A model generated the notes under the pieces. The model was not told the DNA's origin. It saw only the letters and a list, made by a program, of their open reading frames with translations, and searched no databases. 64,000 nt of DNA from Klebsormidium nitens (taxonomy: Eukaryota > Plantae > Klebsormidiophyceae): the NCBI GenBank assembly GCA_000708835.1, contig DF237382.1:1-64000 (forward strand), read 5' to 3'. The position numbers and the translations under genes are program-made. Positions 11,505 to 24,600 of the stretch are shown here, piece after piece. Position 1 is the stretch's first letter, and each line of letters opens with the position of its first letter.

Positions 11505-14500
11505 ATGGGGTTTGACGTCACGTGTCCGAGCGATGGGGAGTGCAGTGCCTGGGTGTTTCAGTATTTTCACGATTGTGTGTGCAACACGCGGGACAAGGTT
11601 TCCTTTGGACTGGGACTGGCGAGCATCTTCTCGTGGGGTGTTGCGGAGATTCCACAGATCATAGCGAATTGGAAGGCAGGCAGTTCCGAACATGTCAGCT
11701 TTGCCTTCATCTTGACCTGGACCATAGGGTGAGTGTGCTTATTGATCTTTAAATTGCTCCATTCTTGGCCGTTAGTTGCTCTGGCATTTTTAGAGTACCT
11801 GACAATGTTGAAGGTGACTTGCTGTGACTCAATGATTAACACATGTCTGGCTACTACGTCCTTTTTCCTGATTACATAGCAGTGCAACCCCGACAGAAGA
11901 AGGGAGTGCAAATCTGTCAGCAATGGGATAGAACTTGGATATATGATTCTTGACTTTATCAACAATGACCTCATTGCTTTCTTTAACAACCTCGTCCATC
12001 ACCACTACAAGTTGCACCTGGCATAACCACCACAACTTCTTCGCACCTCCTTGACTCTCTTCAGGATTTGATCTTTCTTTATTCGTTTTGCAGCGACCTC
12101 TTCAACCTCACTGGTTGCTATCTCACCCCAGCGACCCTCCCCACACAATTCTACACCGCTCTGGTGAGTGCTTAACTCATACCACCAAAAAGCTTAGTTG
12201 CAAACTCCATTCTAAAGAAAACCCTCTCTTTCGTTACTCTGAAAGAATGGAAGTACTTAATCGGTATTTTAGCCACAGCATTCTTATCAGCATTAGAAGT
12301 TAAAATAGGACATAGGTATGACAACAGCATGGAAAAGATCAGAGCAGCATTGTGACAAGGAAGAAGACCGAGTTTTCGGATGTTCAACGCAGACATGTTC
12401 TGTACATTCTCTCCTTCTGCAGCTCTACACTTTGACCACTTTGGTACTCGTCTTTCAACATATATGGTTCACGTGGCTAAAACCCAAGAACTCGCGGGAG
12501 GAGGCTTTGAAGGTGAGCTTCCAGCACCACTGTGCGCAGCCACTAGCATCACTTTGGGGTCGTGCACCGTGTTGCATATGGTGATTCTGTCAGCTGGCTT
12601 TTGTTTCTCTGACTCTAGTACGTCACATAACAGTAAGGATGATGCACGTACGCTGATACGTCTTCTCCGCTTTTTCCTTGTATTCAATGTCATCTATCGC
12701 ATAGATGCATTGACTTGATGTTGGGTTTTGTCGTTTGCTCTATGTCAAGTCGCCTGACTAAAGTAGCAACTTTTAGTGTTTCGACCCTCTTACAAAGGAT
12801 TACAAATGTGCCCTTTCTACATTCCATTCAGAACATGTGATGGATTCTATTTCTTCTGCAAGTGGCGCCTGTTGCATCTTCCATATTCATCCATTCAAGG
12901 AGCTGTGGTTGGCTGGTATACCCTTGCGTAATGTAACAGGTTCCACGTTAATGAAATGGGACTTATCTTCAGCATTGAAAGGAGATAATGATTATAGGAT
13001 AAGGTTTGGAAGGCTTCTCCAACTCGAAAGACCTGTCTGGCAAAAGGATGCCTGGCCAATGATGTACTCTGTCCTCTTCTCGTAACATCCACGTCAAGAT
13101 TGGCATTGTAGTGGTTCATCTGGAAGCGTTTGGAAGCTGTTCAGTAAATAGTAACAATGAGGACCTACTACATGTCTTCGGGCAGTTTTGACTTGTTTGC
13201 GGAGAAAGTTACTTAAGATCAGTGCTCTCAGCCTCAACTAGCAACACCATGCGGCTGCCTTTACGAACGTGCGTTCTTAGGATTCTGCACACACGTTCTC
13301 AGACACAGCCAAAATGACTGCCCTGTAAGTCAATCAGGAGCACATTGAGCCCTCGCTTGTTTTGACAGGCTCCTCTAGTGGAGAATGAGGAGGGCAGCCG
13401 GTCGCAGGGTTCGCTGGAGGGTCTGTTTCCATCAGACCCTTCTCTAGCGGACGGGACCACGATCCCTGGGGATGGAAAGACGAGGCTGGCACGGACAAGA
13501 ACGGCGCCAATCCCGTCTTCAAACGCAACTAGGCAGCGCAACCCGTGAGAAATACCGACTCTACTTCTCTAAAAGGTCGTTAACCACCGTAGTACGTATC
13601 CAAAACATTTCCGACTTTGCAAGTAATAATTTCCCCTGCTTCGATTTTATTTGGCCGTCACCAACTAGGTTCCCATGGTTCAAGTTCCCATGGTCAGGTG
13701 CAACTTTTTCTGAAACTGCTCATGTGTACAGTGTGGACTTCACGTAACTGGCCGTTGTCAAAAGTGCCCAAGAGATTGATTCGTGGACCCATCAGAGTGC
13801 ATGAGCGTCTTCAAGCTCCTGCAGCAAGACAAACGGTCGTGGTGATAGACTGATTGATGGCCTGTCTTCACTGGTGGTCGCTTGTTCATGGCTCAGCTTC
13901 TCGATCAATGAAATAGCATTATAGGTCGCCAACAACGTTGCTTAATGAAGCCTCCTGCGTATGTTTTAGGCAGCCCAGTGGGAACTCGTACAGCTATGGC
14001 AGCTATCGGCGGATGACCATGTCCCCCTCGTTGCATTCGGTGAGGCTCGAATCGCACTCCGTTTCTTGTTACATGTTCCCTTCGACCTCACTCTGTAAGC
14101 ATCATTGCAGTTTCGTGATTCATAGTACTCTTGAGGCAACTTTCTAGGAAGATTACGAAACCCAGTGTTGGGTCGTTTGCGCGGGTACCTTGCGTCAAAG
14201 GAACTGAAAGATTTTTGGATGGCCTTTCGCTTTTCGGCCGTTCACGTTTCTGGACCTTGAGGAGTGTTGAGAAAAGTTCCTTAGAGGTCGCTAGAAAGAT
14301 ACTTTGGCAAGGGAGTAGTTGATGTCAAGCTGATCAGTTCCCATCCTGGACTGATTGCACAGGTTCCTGCTTTGACATCGGAACGACATTACGATATGTA
14401 GACTGTTCTTTCAGAATGCAGCTTGACCATGCCCCTACTTGCTCCGACAGCACTCTACTTGGCAACTCTCACGGTGATTCTCGAAGCAAGTGTTTACAAG

Positions 14501-16659
14501 AATACTGTGCAACGTGACGCTCACAGAGGAATTTTTCACAGCAATGTTGACATCAGTTTCTGGATAAAAGACCAAGAGATCGGAAGTGATCTTTGAAGCC
14601 ATTCATTCTCGTCAATCGCAGATTGGTACGGTCATGATGATCACAACAGGAGTGCAGCTCGTTGCTTCCCCTCTCTTAGGAGGGGCCCCAGGCGGGTTCG
14701 GCGAAATGCTGAGCGGTGGGGGGGTCTCGGGGCGGAAACTGCTGCATGTGAGTTCTTTTTTCGGATATGTAAGTGGATTAGGTGCGTCCGAAGGTTCGCG
14801 GAGAGCGCATGTTGTGAGGCTACTTGACAACCTGCTGTCTCTGTACGGGTGAGTTACAAAAGGTCCGTGGGAGCTTGAGAGCATCTTCTTATCCAAAATT
14901 ACTTGGGCAGTGATCACCCGCGCTCCTGTGTGGCTCGCGGTTGGCATGGACTCGGTCAATCACATTGACATCTGCTTGAAGCAGTGCAGGCATGAAGGAG
15001 GCTGTAATACCAGTGCTTTGGAGTTGAGTGCCCCGGACTGATTCAACGACCTTTGTGACCTATTACAGGCGGGGTATGGTAGCTTTGCAGGCCAGTCGTC
15101 TATCTTCGAACCGGGTGAGCTTCGTTTGCGTTGTCCCTTACTTTTGTCTCCGATCCTATTCTCGCTGTCATAGTTGAAGCTCTCGTCAACCATTCCTTCA
15201 TACCATGGTCTTGTTCAAGGCCCTAACCTGATTTATGTTTGTTAGTTTTTGGGGGTGAGCAGCACGGTCGGGTTGCTGATGGGGTGGGCAATGACGCCCA
15301 TTCTTTGTTAACGTCAAGCTAGTTTTAAAAGCGGCTCTGACTAGATCTCTGTCCTTTTCTTTCCAGAGGTGAGCAGCACGGTGGGGTTGTTGATGGGGTG
15401 GGCCATGACGGCCATTGCTTTCTCTAACCAGTTTGGGTCATCGCTTTGACCAAGCCCTAACCAGATTTCCGCGTGTTCTTCCCAGAGGTGAGCAGCACGG
15501 TGGGGTTGTTGATGGGGTGGGCCATGACGGCCATCTACCTGATGGGCCGCCTGCCCCAGATCCTGCTCAACATCCGGCGCGGCTCCGTCGAGGGCCTCTC
15601 CATGTCCATGTTTGTCTTTGCCATCACGGGGAACGCCACGTACCTGGGCAGGTGAGCTGCTACCCTTAATCCCTTACTCTCGCGTCTGCATATTCACCTT
15701 TCGGCCCTCAGCATTCCGATGTTGGAACGAGTTTTAATTTGCTACTCGGCTCTTTCTGTCCCGGGGTCTAACCTGGCTCCTACCCTTGTTCTTTTTCTTA
15801 GATGCAAATTGGATGTACTTCTACTTTTGAACCTTTCGTGCCCCCATATGGAGCTTCCTACGATCTTATCTACGTGGTTCCTGCCCTGTATGTAACATCA
15901 GAGGATGCCCCGCGAATGGGAAGACACAAAGTCCAGTTTCATGTGTCCTTGTCACAAGTGCTCTGCATTAAGCGACCAGAGGGATAGCATCCTTTCCTGG
16001 CCTGTCAGACTGCCTTTGAGCGAAAAACCAAGGCAGGTGTTGCTCGTGCTAACGAGCTCGAACAGGCTACGGGAGCTCCCTATGCATGTGCTACCTCGTA
16101 GAAGCTCAGGTCAATGGTTTGATTGTACGAACGGCATCGACTTACAGCAGGCTCTTTCCGATTTCCTTCCGAGACTCTGGGGTTCCTTTTCGCAATAGTT
16201 TTCGAGTCTCTGTAATCTCTTCGATTGCTGCGCCTTGCGAAGTCTTCGTGAGCGGATTGCATTGTTCCCCTCCCAGTGCAAGTGGAGGACGGCTTTACTC
16301 TTTGTGCAGCTTGCTCCTACTCGGTGTTCTCACTGATTCGTTTAGGTGTACGACTCGTTCCTCGAAGCCTTCAGCAGCATGTAGGGTGTTAAGTAAAGCC
16401 GATCGAAGCCTTCAGCAGCATGTATGGTGTTAAGTAGAGCCGATCGAAACTCTTTGGCTCACTAGAATTGCCTGACGGTATTTCGGGGTCGAGTTGCAGC
16501 ATTTTGGTACGGAGCGGACCCTGGTCGGAGTTGGGGCCCAACCTGCCGTGGCTGGTGGACGCCGCTTGTTGCCTTGCCATGGACTTAGTCATCCTCGGAC
16601 AGTTTGTGTGGTATAAAGCAATCCGCAAGCAGAGCAACGAGGCTAGCGAAGGAAGCTAA
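11505..16659 (+). CDS. PQ-loop repeat membrane transporter (PQLC2/YPQ-like vacuolar cationic amino acid transporter family)
   Basis: Exons 11505-11728, 12094-12163, 12423-12512, 13369-13544, 13970-14039, 14622-14747, 15069-15114, 15486-15651 and 16500-16659 total 1128 nt (375 aa). Two PQ motifs (WGVAEIPQIIANW; YLMGRLPQILLNIRRGSVEGLS), plus GDLFNLTGC..PATLPTQFYTA, GRKLL and LPWLVDA. Confidence 0.92.
15253..15415 (+). repeat. Two intronic echo copies of the 5' end of PQ-loop exon 8
   Basis: GTGAGCAGCACGGTGGGGTTGTTGATGGGGTGGGCCATGACGGCCAT occurs at 15255 (diverged), 15369 (near-identical, behind an intact ttttctttccag acceptor) and 15488 (real exon). Confidence 0.95.
16362..16449 (+). repeat. 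41-bp tandem duplication in the last PQ-loop intron
   Basis: tcgaagccttcagcagcatgta(g/t)ggtgttaagta(a/g)agccga starts at 16362 and 16403, with a third partial start at 16444. Confidence 0.9.
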
Positions 16660-16959
16660 AGTCGGGGCTGTAAGAGCTCGTTCGGCGCACATACTGCATA
16701 CTTAATGAGAGCAAGCGGGAGGTTGCGCTGTGTGGCACGCTGACCGGTTCCAATAGTCGAAGATAAAAGTTGAAAGATAGTCAGGTTGCAGCGAGTGTAC
16801 GCTAGCAATCATGCTAGCTCGGGAAGGTCGTCGAAGCGGCACTTTGGGTCGAGTCGCTGCTCGTTGCCATAATGGACTGTGGCCAATCAGTTGGAGACAT
16901 AAGGTTGTGCCATAGCGCATTTTGACCCTAGCCTAGTAGAGGCAAGATCTTGTGAGAGA

Positions 16960-17520
16960 GATGTACCCGCACGTGTAGCCATGAGATCTAAGCAGGCATG
17001 TAGCTTAGTCTAGTATACGCATCCAGCCTTCCGCATCGTGGACTATTATATGTCAAATATATAAGGACGCATAAACGAGCCTGGTCTTTCTGCGGGACTG
17101 TATCCCAAGAAAGTTAAATTATCGGAGCTACCACACTGAACTGGGGCATGCGTCACGTCGTCGGCCAGGGACCAGTAATATCATACTTAGCATGAGCATG
17201 CATGCATGTGCCAATTCTTGGTTTTGTTGTCATGTAGTATGCAGTTCTTGCGCGCTGTGACTTGCAGTCGATCAATGATTAATGCCAGGATTCCCGGACG
17301 CATGACCTGGGTACACATGATGAAATATAGCCGCACCCGCCCGGGCCAGTGCGCATGGCGTGCAGCATATATCTAGGCGTGCCATCATGATAGCTCAGGC
17401 TTTGACTCACATTGAACTTAATTACGGTTTGTGACGGATCGCTGCAATCTTATATGGGTAGAACATGCATGCGACATAGCAGGGCCGAAATTGTCACAGG
17501 CAGCCCATGATTACTGGTAC
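16960..17520. other. RY-rich patch 2 in the convergent intergenic region PQ-loop/RPL38
   Basis: catgagcatgcatgcatgtg, gcgcatggcgtgcagcatatat, acatgcatgcgacatag and similar words are densely clustered. Confidence 0.75.
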
Positions 17521-17916
17521 TGCACCCGTAAGGTAATCAAATCGTGAAAAACCGATTGAAAAGACACCATTCGCTCAAAATCCAGCTATATTTCAACTTA
17601 CAGCATAACCCGCGCGCAAGATGACGGTGATCCATGATACCTGTACACTGCCGACCATATGTAGCAATGGTGTAGCATTGTGGCGATTGACCTTGGGTGT
17701 CAGCACACAGACTCACACAGCCTTGCACAGCAGGACTCGAAAACCACATAACCAGTGTATTGCGCGCCCACATTCCTCGTGTGCTTGTGCAAGTGATGAT
17801 ACGAGGGCTGACATTCAAAGCGGTTGTTTGCAGTCCATGATTGAATCGCAGAAGGGAAGGAAGCCTCAACAGGCACTCAATATTGCGCCTTGGCTGAGGA
17901 AGGTCTGTTCACATAT

Positions 17917-20785
17917 CTAGATGTCTTGTACATGGAGACCTGCACAAAAAGGAGAATGCTTGATCAGTTTCGGAGTTGGAAGGAGCCTCCAACACCAAAT
18001 CCCTGTTTTCTTAGAAGTTGCTGGCGATACCCAAACGTGATCCTCTCATGCTAAAAACAAACTGATCAACCGGTGATCAACCACGGAACGCACTTTTCCA
18101 GGGGGGGAGAAAGAGCGTATGAATGCAGAAAGATGTCAAAGTACAACACAAGATACAAACGAAGATGGGAGATTCAGTCCTCCTTGGGAGAGCAAAGCAG
18201 CCATTAAGGGCCTCGAGCAACTCGAAGCGCCAGCTAATAATCAGAAACATAGAGAGTATTCAGGAGAGTGCAGGAATTGCAAACATTCCAACAGAATCAG
18301 TATACGCAAGGCTGAGAGCAAGCCCGGAAACCGGCGACTGCTTGTCCAGTCATACAGGCCCCCTAGGCGAGACAAAAAGAGACACTTGCAATTCCGGGAA
18401 GAAAACGCAACCTCAGACACGAGAACTTGATGTTTTCCTAGGGGCCGCAGTGGTTGAGCTTGGCGGCTCTTAAACCCACCGAGCCAAAGAGCACAAGAAA
18501 ATGACGCACAAAACAAGGGCACACCAACTCGATAAGAAAGTTGACGAAAACTTGCCAGAGGCCAGGAGCTCCTGAGCTTGCCAAAAGTAATGTCTAGAAT
18601 CCCCCCCCTCCCCTCAAAGCAAAGGAGGAGTAACCCAATGGCGAGACAAGATGAGCTTGTCGGCCTCAGACCTTGCCTGTGTCCTGCCTCACATACAAAT
18701 CCACAGAAATATCGCTAGACACCTGGAAACAGCGATTGACAAAAGCGAACTGAATATCACCTGGGGGCAGCGATTCGTTCAACTTGTCGGCTTTGATATG
18801 GTGATCAGAAGGGAGAAGCCCAAAGTGGAAAAAGAGAAAGAGAAACAGCACTACTGATGCGGGGGCAGCGACTGTTCGACTAATGGGCTTTGAGACCTGA
18901 AGCGGGACAGAGACCCACCAAAACAGAATAACCAACAGGAGGATTGTAAAAAAAAGGGATTAAAATATACCTGGGGCCAACGACTGCTTGAGCTCAGTGG
19001 TCTTTATATCTCGTTAAATCCCACCCCCAATGAAAGGTGGAGAACCCAGAACGAAGATGAGAAGACGAGAGGAAGACTGACTTTATTGCTCAAACTTGTC
19101 GGCGTTGACACCTGCTGCAGTTACAAACTACCACCTCCAAGGAAAGAAAGATGCGCAGATGAAAGATAAGGACGACGATTGAACCCCACCTGGGGGCAGC
19201 GACTGCTTGAGCTTGTCGGCCTTGATATTGTCGTCAGAAGGAAGGAACCCAAAGGTAGAAAAAGAGAAAGGAGAAACGCAAACTGGGGGCGGTGACTGCT
19301 TGTACTAACGGCTTTGTAACCTAACACAGAACCGGGACCGGCAGAACAAAGAGAAACCAGCTTGCAATTTGTGGGAGAAAGAAAAAAACCCTCACCTGGG
19401 GGCAGCGACTGCTTGAGCTTGTCGGCCTTGTCCTGGTCCACGACGGCCAGGGTGTAGAGGTACCGGCTGCACCGCACCTTGAACTTGGTCACATCCCCCG
19501 TCTTCTTGATCTTCACCGAGCGTGCATCCTTCCTCCGGGCCGTCAGGAGGAAGTCCTTGATCTCGTGAATCTGCTTCGGCTGCAGATGAAAGGGCGGCGC
19601 ACACATCAACTCAGCTTCCGAGAGGGCGTAACGCAGAGAATTGGTGGCTGCGGGAAGGAACGTCCTTCAAATCGAGTTCAGCTCCGCTACATTACTGGGG
19701 CGGTACACTCTCCCACTGCTCTTGGCTTGGTTGTCTTGCTTGGTTGTGAGCAGCAGCTGCTTGCCAAGGTAGTTTCAGGCCGATCACAAAGTCTGTTCAT
19801 TGCTTGAATTCTTCGACTTGGTCATCACTTGGATTCTCAAACATTCTTGACCTCCAAGTAAGAGGTTTACTGGTGAACCAGTGCAACTCCACCGAAACAC
19901 GAGCTCTGCATTCCTCCCCCGATTGCCCGCCTTCCCCAATTGCCCACACAAATGCGCCTGGGTAACCTGACTACAAGGGGCAGCTCTCTTCTTTCTGATA
20001 GCAAAATAGAAGAATTCACCCGTCTATTGACATTCCAGTTGCCTTCCTCCGAACCTCCTTCGAGCCAGCACAACCTAGCCCCAACAGAAGTTGCCTGATT
20101 GGGCTCAAACCCTTCTACTCGGCGCAGAATGAGCAGTATGCCCATCGATGGTGACAGAACTCAGTTTTGGCCCCACAGCTAAATTAATGCTTGCTCCGAT
20201 GCCCTGCCATTCTAGCCAGCCCGAATCCTCCAGCCCACATAAGCGCTTCTCGTTTTCCATCGACATGGACCCGCTTCTGTGCAATGTCTGCGCATCTTGC
20301 AAAGAGAGCTCTCCACTGGCCCAAATCTTCTGCTATCCTTTCTGCTGTCACACGACCTCTGACAGACCTTTACCAGATTGCCCCTACAGTTCCAACATCT
20401 CTGCACTCTATGATGATCCGGGCAACCGTTACCAAGGCGCTGGGTCACATGCTAAAGTAAACCCACACTGGCTTATCACCAGATGGTCCAGGTGCAATAG
20501 CCCATGCTTCGGCCCAACAAAGACACTTATGCGGACCAAACTGACAAATGCAAAAATATGCTCCTAAAGGCATCACGTGCATATAGCACACAAAGCCAAA
20601 AACACCCGTCTACTCCTCATGATTGTTCATTGCAGCTCTGCTACCATTCATTCAATCATTGAGAAACTCGGAGCGGCTTCGCACAATCGACGTTGCACCG
20701 CAGGCCCTCAAAACACACAAAGTGGTACACATGGCCACTTAGAGGTAGCTAAGGCAGACAGGGGAGGAGAGAGGTCTCTTACCAT
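17917..20785 (-). CDS. RPL38: 60S ribosomal protein L38 (eL38)
   Basis: Exons 20785-20783 (ATG only, followed by GTAAGA), 19579-19396 and 17939-17917 total 210 nt: [69 protein letters not shown]. Confidence 0.97.
18430..19320 (-). repeat. Array of degenerate copies of the RPL38 exon-2 3' end plus donor, including a ~135-bp higher-order duplication
   Basis: Copies of (plus strand) acctgggggcagcgactgcttgagcttgtcggccttg lie at 19188 (identical), 19283, 18969, 18861, 18759 and 18438, with partials at 19092, 18720 and 18653. Block 18759-18898 resembles block 19188-19322. Confidence 0.9.
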
Positions 20786-21028
20786 GGCTGCAGCTTGGAG
20801 GAGATCCGCCCCGCAGGCTCCTAGCGATCGCGCCGATCAACCTGCTTGGCGAAAGAGGTAGGAGAAGGGGCGCGCAAGAGGCTTCCTTCTCTCCGCGTTA
20901 CGCTTGGACTCGGGCGCTTGAGAGGTTGAAGTAGACTTGCGGTAGAGGAAAAGGGTACGTAACGCTTGAATTGCAAACACGGGTGGTAACGGCCAGCTTA
21001 GTCGCGGTGGGTGTGGTAATGGTCTTTG

Positions 21029-21036
21029 TAGGGTTT
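21029..21036. promoter_or_regulatory. Telo-box (TAGGGTTT) in the RPL38/RPC6 bidirectional promoter
   Basis: Exact motif between the divergent ATGs at 20785 and 21626. Telo-boxes are an established element of plant ribosomal-protein promoters. Confidence 0.5.
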
Positions 21037-21625
21037 TCAAGGGGAACTTAGCATGACCAACATTCTTTGCACACCTCCAATTCCAGCTACGCTGGCAAGC
21101 TTTGGCGGCATTTCTGAATCTTGAGCATGGTGGAATGGCGCATTGGCAAGCACAGCATTCCGTGCTATGTAGAACTGTAGCTCCCTCATGCACAGCTTGA
21201 TCAGTTCGTTTGCTGCCCTGTTGATGAACTAGTTGTCTGCTGATCAGGCCAACACGTTGTTGGTCCACTATGGAAGACAGAAGCTTGGCTCCAAGCATCA
21301 ATGAGACATTTTTCAGCAAGAGCATTGCGGTTCGTATTGAGCTCTGAACTCCACCAAGCCAATCCAAGTTCGTGAAGAGCTTTGATGATGTGATGCGTGG
21401 AAGCAAATGCTCTATGTACAAGCCTCCTGATCATTCACTGCACACCACTCACTTGTACTTTGGCGCCGCATAAGGTTTTAAAGCGTGGTTCGTAATCTCA
21501 AAGCTCATGCTACTCATAGGGCGCCATCGCCAGTGAGCTTGTTTACGAGGACTATAAAGCGGCAGCTTTCTCAAAGCAAGGTGGACACATAGAGAGATAG
21601 GCGTGCATTTGAGCTGGACGTGCGG

Positions 21626-24600
21626 ATGGCGAAAGCGGACCCAGACTCGGCGGTGTTCCGGTTGGAGGAAGCAATCGCGAACCTGTGTCAGGAAAGCGAT
21701 GGGGTAAGGGGGGACGCAAGATGCCATTTGGAGACAAAGCTCGTTTAAGAAGCAGCTTGCAAGTGCCCTTCCTTGGGATTTTCTTGCGAAAGATCTCAGC
21801 TGCAATCGTTATGGTTTGGTGAGATCTATTGCCACCACTTAGGCAACTGCCTCTTTTCCAAATATTCCAAAAGGCGCAGCTGTAAAGTCCAAGAGACGAA
21901 TGGGAAGCCCTCATCGAGTGGGTGAATGTATGTGATGTTTAGACTTCTGTGAATTGTTAAAAGAATGTCCAAGGGAATTGTCGAGCATAAAGTAGCTTTT
22001 TCCAATTACACCGATACTTCTGAGACTCGTCAGCCAATACTTCATCACAAGCTGGGCTTAAATTACAGCTGGCCTCGACAGAAGTCTGCCAGGGCCCCGC
22101 AGGCGCACAGTGTTTAAAGTTCTGTCAGTGAACCCATTTGAAAGGAATACGCTGCTCACACAAGCCGCAGACTCACACTGTTCACACAGATCGCAGACAG
22201 CCACGTTTGGATTGTCTGCTTCATAACTTGCCTGACGTCTATCCATTACTGCGCAGGACGTCACCCAAAGATGCTCTAGGACCAGTTGCCTCGACTTCCC
22301 GCTGGACCAGTTCTGTGGCAGTCTCATCAAATGTGTCTGCGTCACCTGCCGCTATGAGTTGCCTGACGAGTGTTTTGAGTCACTCAGAGATGGATATCAT
22401 ATTTCTGGGGGGAGTGGGGGTGAGGGGGCGCAATATCAAAGTAGGGATTCCCAATCGTTTATCTTTCTTACGCAGGGCGTCACCCAGAAGATGGTCCAAT
22501 TACAGTCCAGTTGTAAGTGTTACCTGCCGCTAAGATCCACCGAACGACTGGTTCGGCTCCAATATCACAGACAGACATTTTTTGATGGAAACAAGCCACA
22601 AAGTCACAATCAAACCAAGTTTCCTGAAGTCACAAGCAAACCAACTGTCCTGAATATCCTTTTTTTCTGGGCAGGGCGTCACCCAGAAGATGCTCCAGGA
22701 TGAGCTGCCGGACATTCCGCTCGAGGAGCTGGGGTCCGCGCTCAATGTGCTGCTGTCGCGGCACCAGCTGCAAATGTACACACAGGCCAGCACGCTCTAC
22801 TACAAGCCAGTCAACCAGGTGGGTTACCTTGACCCGAGATCTGATTGTTGTCCGAGAGTGTGCAGCGCAGAGAAGCAAGCCCATGGTTGGCGTGGTGAAC
22901 CATCGAACTTTATCTGTCTAAACTTGTCTTGTGAGGATTTGCTTCTACGTGTGATTCGACCAGATGCCCTTACTCATGTGAGTATCCAGCAGGTCGTCGT
23001 TGGCATTGGCTCTCCTGAAATTCATCAGAACCAGGTAATGACCCTGAATTTCGGGTGGTCTGTCGTGTTGAAGTCCTTATCAATTCCATAGTGCGCTCAG
23101 ATCCATGCGGCTGCTTATCGTGACTTTTCCCCTCTGCAGGAGGATCGGGTGCGCTTCCGGGGCCTCGGATCCGAAGAAATGCTGGTTTATCAGATCATCC
23201 AGGCGTCGCAAAACATGGGTGAGGCAAGCAAGACTGTGCATGAAACTCATCTTCACTTTTGGTTATTCTTTGGGGCGGAGTTTCGCGTCCGGCTAACCTG
23301 CTGTGCCCGAAACCCCACCGCCTCGCTTCTGTCAACATCTTCAAAAAGCTGCCGCTGGTTTGAAGTACTGGCAGCTTCTTGCGGGTCTTGCTAATCAGCT
23401 AAGTTAGGAGCTAACTTACGCAGTTGACGATCACCAACTCACTTGGTTATACCATAACCTTCCTCCAGGTATCTGGACCCGGGATCTAAAGCTGCGGAGC
23501 AATCTGCAGCAGCCGCAGATCACGAAAATTATTAAGACGCTCGAGGGGCGGCGGCTGATAAAGGCGGTCAAATCTGTTGCGGTAAGCCACCTATTAACCC
23601 CGTCAGAGAATGTGAAAAGCGCTTTCTCAAGTTTTCGACACAATCGTTTGCCTGCCCAGCTCTCCGAAACGAGTGTCGCACCTGTTACCTGCTATCACTG
23701 TCTTCAATCAGGCAGCAGTCTCCAGGTCTGCAACTTGTTTGGGGTTCGGAGGAGCATCAGACCAAGGCGAGAACGAATCTCCGAGTTTCTAACGAAGCTC
23801 AACGAAGCCAGCTTACACCGTCCTTATCACAGATATTACGCCGTCTGGACCTCACGCGGCTGCTTCGCAAAGCAAATAATCCGTGTTTGATAACGCGCCA
23901 GAGGAGTGACGATTGGATTGGGTGTATACACAGCCCGGCTTTCTCTCGTCCAGCACATCTTTTGCTTGTTCCTCACGTTGCTGGGATGTGAACTACCGCG
24001 TAATCTTATTTGAATGCATTGGAAACGAGACAAACTCCGCCCTCCGCAGGACAAAAAAACAGCCAGCGTTACTTGTTGTAGGTTATCAGCCGTCCCGAAT
24101 CGTCACAACGTCAAGAACGATGCAAATCTCAAACTTAAAGAAGTCGATCGTTCTCGCTCCCGCGGGGCACAGCAAGATTCAAGTGAACTGTCCATGCTCC
24201 ACGATATTCCTGCGCCCCACCATCAGACGCTCGGACTCTCCACAGAAAATAGATAAACCCCTCATAATCTCGTCAAAGTCCCGTCAAGATCCTAACCCAA
24301 ATCCTCTCTGCGCAGAGCAAGAACCGCAAGGTATACATGCTGTACGAGATCGAGCCGTCGCGCGAGATCACGGGCGGAGCTTGGTACACGGAACAGGAAT
24401 TTGACGCGGAGTTCATCGGAGTGCTGCGCGAGGCCGTCAAAAAGTTCGTGGAGAACCAGGGAAAGGTCACGCTGGAGGAGATTGCGGCGTTCGTCAAGTC
24501 GTCGGGCGCGACCAAGGTGGGGAGGAAAAGGATTCCTCATCCTTGCTTCCATATTCCATTACCTATTTCATGCACTGTAGGAATCCACTTGTTTTAGACC

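Noticed and set aside
19090-19112. Apparent RPL38 last exon (cag|GTGTCAACGCCGACAAGTTTGAGCAATAA, giving GVNADKFEQ*)
   Set aside because: It is a partial echo of exon 2. The exon at 17939-17917 gives the canonical GLHVQDI* ending. It could at most be a minor isoform.
18430-19430. Repeat-spacer pattern resembling a CRISPR array
   Set aside because: The repeat is the host RPL38 exon end, the copies are degenerate with irregular spacing, the context is a eukaryotic intron, and no cas genes are present.
19775-19828. Possible intronic C/D snoRNA (GTGATGA ... CTGA on the minus strand) in RPL38 intron 1
   Set aside because: Only 54 nt between the boxes, no adjacent terminal stem and no recognisable rRNA antisense element.
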